A DNA stretch of 55,442 bases, the filler included, from an uncultured delta proteobacterium (GTDB lineage Bacteria; Desulfobacterota; Desulfobacteria; Desulfobacterales; SG8-13): NCBI GenBank assembly GCA_963848135.1. It is 3 parts of 3 records of this genome, joined end to end, with 100 filler letters (N's around TTAATTAATTAA, not from the genome) between each part and the next. Parts side by side here need not be neighbours in the genome. Positions count along the whole stretch, not along the records: positions 25,383 to 55,442 come from CAWKCK010000012.1; 2 more parts are not named here. The stretch is one strand, 5' to 3'. Below, in pieces: positions 50,087 through 55,442 of the stretch (the stretch's first letter is position 1; the number at the start of each line of letters is the position of its first letter). The notes beneath the pieces were generated by a model that had not been told where the DNA came from, made no database searches, and was given only the letters and a program-made list of their open reading frames with translations. A program made the position numbers and the translations under genes.

Positions 50087-50815
50087 ATGAAATGTCCGGG
50101 TCAGGATACGCAGTACTGGAAACCGGGTGCCATATATGAAGTCAGCTGCCCGAAATGCGAAAAGCCGGTGGAGTTCTTCAAAGACGATACCGCCCGAAAG
50201 TGCGGCCATTGCGGCCATCGCTTCGTTAATCCCAGTATGGATTTCGGCTGTGCGGCCTATTGCCAATATGCCGAGCAGTGCCTGGGAACCTTGCCGGATG
50301 AGATGCAATCCGTGAAGGAGGATCTGCTCAAAGATCGGGTGGCGGTCGAAATGAAACGGTTTTTCAGACGAGATTTCAAGCGGATCGGGCAGGCCACCCG
50401 AAGGGCGCGCTATGCCGAGCGCATTGCCGGAAAAGAGAAAGGAGCACTGCCGGTGGTGCTTTGCGCTGCCTACCTGAGGGATATCGGCGCACCGGAAGCG
50501 ATGAAGAAATACGGCGATGCGTCGGCAGAGCATCTTGAAACAGAGAGTCCGGCAGTCGCCCGCAGTATTCTGACGACGTTGAATGCACGTGAACCGCTCA
50601 TCGATGCCGTCTGTGCCATTGTCGGCCAGCATCGGGTCCCAGCAGAGGAAGCACAGCTGGATTCCAAGGTTGTCTATGATGCAGACTGGGTGGCGAAGAT
50701 GGAAGAGCGTCTCAAAGAGCAGCCGATGGGGACCGCACAGGTATCTGAATTTATCGAAAAGGACCTGCTGACCGAGGCCGGCAAGGATGAGGCGCGATCA
50801 ATACTGCTGTCATAG
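50087..50815 (+). CDS. Cys-rich N-domain plus degenerate HD-fold protein
   Basis: CPG..CPKC..CGHC..CAAYC..C; HD position reads YLRDIG. Confidence 0.8.
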   Translation: MKCPGQDTQYWKPGAIYEVSCPKCEKPVEFFKDDTARKCGHCGHRFVNPSMDFGCAAYCQYAEQCLGTLPDEMQSVKEDLLKDRVAVEMKRFFRRDFKRIGQATRRARYAERIAGKEKGALPVVLCAAYLRDIGAPEAMKKYGDASAEHLETESPAVARSILTTLNAREPLIDAVCAIVGQHRVPAEEAQLDSKVVYDADWVAKMEERLKEQPMGTAQVSEFIEKDLLTEAGKDEARSILLS

Positions 50816-50962
50816 GCCTTGAATTCATGCCAATGGTTACGAAACGATAACCCTGTCTCGATAATTTTTTGAAAACTTCTTCTGAGGAAGTAAAATTCAC
50901 AGAGTAGAGCTTGCGTTATCCTGCGTTCAAAAGTAGTCATGCTATCTTAATGAGGTGAAATC

Positions 50963-51730
50963 ATGAAAGTCATGCGAAAGATCATAGAAATTGATGAAGA
51001 AAAATGCGATGGCTGCGGGCTTTGCGTACCGGCCTGTGCCGAGGGTTCGCTCAAAATGGTAGATGGTAAGGTCAGGGTTGTGTCCGACAATCTGTGCGAC
51101 GGCCTGGGGGCCTGCCTCGGAGAGTGCCCTAACGATGCGCTGAAGATAATCGAACGCGAGGCCGAGGAATTCGATGAAGAGGCGGTTGAAAAATATCTGG
51201 CCGATAAAGAAGAAAAAGAAAAATTGCCGGAACGGATGATCGGCGGTGGGTGCCCGTCAGCCAGGATCATGCAGTTTTCACCGGCGGCATTGCAAGCAGA
51301 TGATCAACCACAACCGGCAGGAGGCCCCCCACAGACGTCTGCCCTGACCCATTGGCCGATTCAGATCCATCTGGTGCCACCAACAGCACCATTTTTGAAA
51401 GGTGCCGACCTTTTGATTCTGGCGGACTGCGTGCCGGTGGCCTTTCCGACCCTGCACCGGGATTTTCTGAAGGGCAAGGCTGTCATGATGGGATGCCCGA
51501 AGCTCGATGATGCCCAGAAGTATATCGACAAATTCGCCCAGGTTTTTCGAACCGCTGGCATCAAAAGCATCACAACGGTCGTGATGGAAGTTCCTTGTTG
51601 TTCAGGGTTGCCGATGATCGTCAAGAAAGGCCTTGAAATTTCCGGAGCTGACATACCGATTGAAGAAGTTGTTGTCAGCACCAAAGGCAGCGTTTTGAAA
51701 CGGACGCCGGACAACCGGATCGCCAGATAA
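50963..51730 (+). CDS. 2x[4Fe-4S] ferredoxin-domain protein (hcp-associated type)
   Basis: CDGCGLCVPAC, CDGLGACLGEC, GCP, ADC, GCPKLD, MEVPCC. Confidence 0.9.
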   Translation: MKVMRKIIEIDEEKCDGCGLCVPACAEGSLKMVDGKVRVVSDNLCDGLGACLGECPNDALKIIEREAEEFDEEAVEKYLADKEEKEKLPERMIGGGCPSARIMQFSPAALQADDQPQPAGGPPQTSALTHWPIQIHLVPPTAPFLKGADLLILADCVPVAFPTLHRDFLKGKAVMMGCPKLDDAQKYIDKFAQVFRTAGIKSITTVVMEVPCCSGLPMIVKKGLEISGADIPIEEVVVSTKGSVLKRTPDNRIAR

Positions 51731-51915
51731 TGGCCTTGCTCGAAATTTTAATGAAATTTTGCAGGGAGTGTATCCAAAATTACAAAAGTGCGGGATAAAA
51801 GGATCGAGACCACGGAGCGAACGACGGATTGATGCAACTTGCAAAGTTGATTATCCAGCCGTTTCCGTGGTCGGTCTCTCATATTGCCCTTCCCTTCATT
51901 GGACCATCCAACCGG

Positions 51916-51952
51916 TTATACCGCTTTTTAAAAATAAATCCCGGATACGAAA
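51916..51952 (+). repeat. Partial repeat family A
   Basis: ttataccgctttttaaaaataaatcccggatacg. Confidence 0.65.
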
Positions 51953-52208
51953 ACCTCCTTCTGTAAGCTTTTACGATTGTATTTCGAGACATAGGTGACT
52001 CAATTTTTGATGAGACGGTTTTCCGGAAAATAATAACTGTAATAATAAATAGTTATGTATATTTATTGTCAACCGGCCACATAATAGATACATATGTGTA
52101 TCAAATATGTCTCGAGTATCATTGGGCCATATGAGAGCTTTTTCGTTATAAGGAGTCTAACCAATTTGAATTATAGCGAATATTAATAACGTGAACTGTG
52201 GATTTTAT

Positions 52209-52224
52209 TGGCATGCATATTGTA
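52209..52224 (+). promoter_or_regulatory. Probable sigma-54 promoter of the dfx operon
   Basis: TGGCATGCATATTGTA (GG-N10-GT, one mismatch at -12); AT-rich upstream region. Confidence 0.45.
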
Positions 52225-52288
52225 TCAGAGACTTGAAAATGGTCTTTACAGTCCCATAGAAATGTGACAGTTTGGAGAATCGAGACCT

Positions 52289-52495
52289 TTGAGAGCCTGC
52301 AACAAGCACATCATTAGAACCCTGGAACTCACCGAGGCGATGCTCGAACTCGCCGATAGGGGCGACTCTGATCGGGAGGACACCGGTTGCGGGGTTCTGT
52401 ACGGCATATTGCGTGATTCGGCTTACAAATTAAGGAAGCTTGCCGAAAAGGAAAAAGAGGCGCACATCCGAAAGGGTCAATGGATGACGGATTAA
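52289..52495 (+). CDS. Small helical hypothetical protein
   Basis: TTG start after [27 protein letters not shown]; co-oriented with dfx. Confidence 0.7.
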   Translation: MRACNKHIIRTLELTEAMLELADRGDSDREDTGCGVLYGILRDSAYKLRKLAEKEKEAHIRKGQWMTD

Positions 52496-52563
52496 CTGAT
52501 ATGCTGCCGTCAGAGCAATCGCACTTTTTTCATTATATCAACTGCATAATCAAGGAGGAAAAA

Positions 52564-52938
52564 ATGGCTGAGAGTTTGCAAGTTTACAAATGTGAGCTTT
52601 GCGGGAACATTGTCGAAGTCTTGCACGGTGGCGAGGGTGAATTGGTGTGCTGCGGGCAACCAATGATGTTGATGAAAGAAAACACGGTAGATGCGGCCAA
52701 GGAAAAACATGTGCCGGTGATCGAAAAAGTCGATGGGGGATACAAGGTCAAGGTCGGTAGTGTGGCTCATCCCATGGAAGAAAAACATTTCATCGAGTGG
52801 GTCGAACTCATAGCCGACGGCAAAGCCTATAGAGAGTTCCTCTGCCCGGGACAAACGCCTGAAGCGGTTTTCGAAATTAAAGCCACCACTGTTACGGCAA
52901 GAGAGTACTGCAATTTACACGGATTGTGGAAAGGATAA
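52564..52938 (+). CDS. dfx: Desulfoferrodoxin (superoxide reductase)
   Basis: [11 protein letters not shown] centre I; EKHVP, HPMEEKH, CNLH centre II. Confidence 0.97.
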   Translation: MAESLQVYKCELCGNIVEVLHGGEGELVCCGQPMMLMKENTVDAAKEKHVPVIEKVDGGYKVKVGSVAHPMEEKHFIEWVELIADGKAYREFLCPGQTPEAVFEIKATTVTAREYCNLHGLWKG

Positions 52939-52965
52939 CCACGCGCTTAAAGGGAGGTGAGCTCA

Positions 52966-53121
52966 ATGCCAAGTTGGAAATGCCATAATTGCGGGTATAC
53001 TTTCGATGCGGATGCTCCGCCAGATACCTGTCCGTCATGCAAGGAAAAATGTGAATTCTTGGACAATAGCTGCTACACACCGGACTGCGAGGCAGGCGGG
53101 GTTGATAAGCGGATTAAATAA
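52966..53121 (+). CDS. Rubredoxin-like small protein, 51 aa (not in ORF track)
   Basis: GGAGG RBS; MPSWKCHNCGYTFDADAPPDTCPSCKEKCEFLDNSCYTPDCEAGGVDKRIK. Confidence 0.85.
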   Translation: MPSWKCHNCGYTFDADAPPDTCPSCKEKCEFLDNSCYTPDCEAGGVDKRIK

Positions 53122-53137
53122 TAAGGAGAAGTAGAAC

Positions 53138-53578
53138 ATGGCCAAGGTACTCATAGTGTACACGACGCGCACCGGCGAGACGCAAAAAATTGGTGAGTTG
53201 ATCGCTGAAGGGATCCGCATATCAGGCCATGAAGCCAATGTCGTGAGCGACAAAGAAATAAAAAAGGAGGCTGATCTGGGCGGATATGATGCGTATGTTT
53301 TCGGATCGGCGACCTACCATGGTGACATGATGCAGGGGATGAAGACCCTTCTATTTCTGGCAGAAAAAGCCAGTCTTGACGGAAAGGTGGGTGCTGCCTT
53401 TGGCGCTTTTGGCTGGAGCGGGGAAGCCCCAGGACGCATTTATGGAACTATGGAAAACATTTTTAAGATGAAGATGGTTAAAGAGCCGCTGATGCTAAAG
53501 TCAAGCGATCTTGGGGGCGGGATCCAGATGGCCCAGGATTACGGACGCCAGGTGGCCGAATTAGTGGCCGCCTCTTAA
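53138..53578 (+). CDS. Flavodoxin-domain protein
   Basis: IVYTTRTGET, GSATYHG, AFGAFGWSGEA. Confidence 0.9.
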   Translation: MAKVLIVYTTRTGETQKIGELIAEGIRISGHEANVVSDKEIKKEADLGGYDAYVFGSATYHGDMMQGMKTLLFLAEKASLDGKVGAAFGAFGWSGEAPGRIYGTMENIFKMKMVKEPLMLKSSDLGGGIQMAQDYGRQVAELVAAS

Positions 53579-53612
53579 CCGCGATATTGCAGATAACCGA
53601 AAGGAGGCCGAT

Positions 53613-53801
53613 ATGCCAACAACACCGCAGCATTGCCCAGGGTTCGCAAATTTTAAAACGCTTAAATCGTTCATGTGCAAATGCCCGGAATGCGGGGCCG
53701 AAAAAGAAATCTTTTCCGATGAGTTCGATCGGGCTCATAAGTGTGGCGAATGCGGGAAAGATATCGATTTTGCGCAGTGTACGCTTGAGGGCGGAGTCTA
53801 A
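53613..53801 (+). CDS. Small zinc-ribbon-like protein
   Basis: AGGAGG RBS; HCPG..CPECG..EIFSDE..CGECG. Confidence 0.75.
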   Translation: MPTTPQHCPGFANFKTLKSFMCKCPECGAEKEIFSDEFDRAHKCGECGKDIDFAQCTLEGGV

Positions 53802-54174
53802 CGCCGCACATGTCATGTGAATATTTCTCAGCAGGCCCGAAAGTAGATGGTGCCAGTATCTTATCAGATGCTTAACTTGCTCATCATGGACGACTTATTC
53901 GTGCCTAAAATGTTTTTGAAGTAAAACTGAAAAATATTCTCTTCTTTCGAGCGTGACCGAAGGGATTCCGCTTTACGACTCCCATGGGGCATATACCGAC
54001 TGAGCGGCTTGCGCTCATTGTGAAGGATTCGTCGGCCCAAAACAGGGCCGGCGGTTTGAATCTGCTTACGGAACACCCGTACGGTTGCGTTCATGAATTC
54101 CAGAGCAAGTGGGCGAGTGAAACTTTGATTAAAAATCTACATAACCGCCTTTTATGGTTCCGGTTTGATACCCC

Positions 54175-55146
54175 ATGCACGTTCTTGGTCTAAACGGCAG
54201 TCCCAGGAAAAAGGGAAACACCCATTTTCTCATGTCGGCATTTTTGTCCGAAGCGGCGCGCAGAGGTGCGCGGACGCGTTCGATACGGGTTATCGATCAC
54301 AACATTGTGCCCTGCAAAGAGCTCATCGTTTGCGAAAAGAAGGGATTTTGTCCCATAGACGACGACATGAAGCACGAGATTTATGCGCTGCTTCGTGAAG
54401 CCGATATCATACTGTTGGCCAGTCCGGTGTTTTTCTACAATGTGACCGCCCAACTCAAAGCACTTATCGACCGCTGCCAGACCCTGTGGGCACGTAAATA
54501 CCGGCTGAAACTGACCGACCCAGCGCGCAAGCACCGCAAGGGGTATTTGCTGGCGACGGGGGCCACCCAGGGGCGGAACCTTTTCGAGGGCATGAAACTT
54601 ACTGCCCAGTATTTTTTCGATGCTGTCGGCGCCGATTTTTCGGGCAGTCTGACATACAGGGGCATAGAAGGCCCTAAAGATATGTCAAACCATCCGACGG
54701 TTTTGACCGACGTTAATGCGGCGGTTGAGGAGCTGGTATCCCCTTTCAAGTCACGTAAACGGGTGTTGTTTGCCTGCCGTGAGAACGCCGGACGCAGCCA
54801 GATGGCTGGCGCGTTTACTCAATATCTTGCCGGTGATCGCTTCGATGTCATCACCGGCGGCAGCCAACCGGCCGAAAGCGTCAATCCGACAATGGCCACG
54901 GCGATGCAGGAAAAGGGTATCGACATGGCTTTTCGCCGACCGAAATCGATCGAGATGGCGTTGGAAAACGGCACGCCGGATTTTATTGTCACCATGGGCT
55001 GTGGGGAAAGCTGCCCGATGGTCCCCGGGGCTCAAAGGCTTGATTGGAATTTGCCTGATCCTCATGGCCAAAGCCTGGAATTCATTCGAGGCGTGCGTGA
55101 TGACATCGAGAAACGGGTCAGGGAGTTCGTCAAATCGCAAGTATAG
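54175..55146 (+). CDS. Iron-sulfur flavoprotein/NADPH-dependent FMN reductase fused to LMW-PTP/ArsC domain
   Basis: NGSPRKKGNT, ASPVFF..LKALIDR; FACRENAGRSQMA, TMGCGESCP, DWNLPDP. Confidence 0.9.
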   Translation: MHVLGLNGSPRKKGNTHFLMSAFLSEAARRGARTRSIRVIDHNIVPCKELIVCEKKGFCPIDDDMKHEIYALLREADIILLASPVFFYNVTAQLKALIDRCQTLWARKYRLKLTDPARKHRKGYLLATGATQGRNLFEGMKLTAQYFFDAVGADFSGSLTYRGIEGPKDMSNHPTVLTDVNAAVEELVSPFKSRKRVLFACRENAGRSQMAGAFTQYLAGDRFDVITGGSQPAESVNPTMATAMQEKGIDMAFRRPKSIEMALENGTPDFIVTMGCGESCPMVPGAQRLDWNLPDPHGQSLEFIRGVRDDIEKRVREFVKSQV

Positions 55147-55205
55147 ATACAGACACGCTTTAATCGGCAATCAATAGCGCCTAGTCCGATGAAAGGATCA
55201 TGATT

Positions 55206-55421
55206 ATGGCCAATCCTGAAGAAGTATATCAATGCCAAACCGTCAACTGTGGTTGTTTTTACGATCCAGACCGGGGCGATCGGAGAGGCAAAGTACCTAA
55301 GGGCACATGTTTCAAAGATTTGAATGATAAGTGGTGCTGCCCTGTCTGCGGTGCCAGCAAGAAAATGTTCAAGCCTCTCGCGGGAGAAGGGTCAGTGCAA
55401 TCGGAACATTGCAAGTGCTGA
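55206..55421 (+). CDS. Rubredoxin (Cx4C first motif)
   Basis: YQCQTVNCG.FYDPDRGD..F.DL...W.CPVCGA..K.F; alternative ATG 55200. Confidence 0.9.
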   Translation: MANPEEVYQCQTVNCGCFYDPDRGDRRGKVPKGTCFKDLNDKWCCPVCGASKKMFKPLAGEGSVQSEHCKC

Positions 55422-55442
55422 CCGGAAAAAGATAAACCGGCC

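Overview
Bacterial DNA, by gene content most likely a sulfate-reducing deltaproteobacterium of the Desulfobacterales type (desulfoferrodoxin, hcp/hcpR, rubredoxins, bacterioferritin); the taxonomy is inference. The window is three contigs (1-14472, 14573-25282, 25383-55442) joined by two artificial 100-nt linkers (N44-TTAATTAATTAA-N44), so adjacency across the joins is unproven. Contig 1: dksA paralogue, a pseudo-receiver, two unannotated small membrane peptides behind a sigma-54 promoter, an integrase scrap, cls, an RHH-PilZ fusion, mgtE, PhzF, and three secreted-protein genes divergent from a membrane-anchored wHTH-like/TolB-like/TPR protein. Contig 2: BCCT transporter, short VOC and membrane genes interleaved with ~100-bp palindromic repeats, a glycosyltransferase, an RlmK-like methyltransferase, a hybrid kinase and an epimerase. 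Contig 3: an MscS-cNMP (doubly frameshifted)/SH3/M48/CHASE2 cluster; bfr, ZIP, cadCA; TlpA, amidase, aminotransferase; an inositol-3-phosphate synthase operon; a DUF2318/ABC operon behind a Cys/His-rich leader ORF; and a nitrosative/oxidative stress region (hcpR-hcp, dfx, rubredoxins, flavodoxins). Intergenic DNA holds several MITE/ERIC-like palindromic families. No rRNA, tRNA, CRISPR array or intact transposase was seen. Best candidates for undescribed systems: the ToxR-like one-component regulator with its secreted-protein operon, the RHH-PilZ regulator, the CHASE2/M48/SH3/cNMP-channel module and the metal-binding leader ORF before the DUF2318 ABC operon. All domain calls are by eye from motifs; no database search was run.
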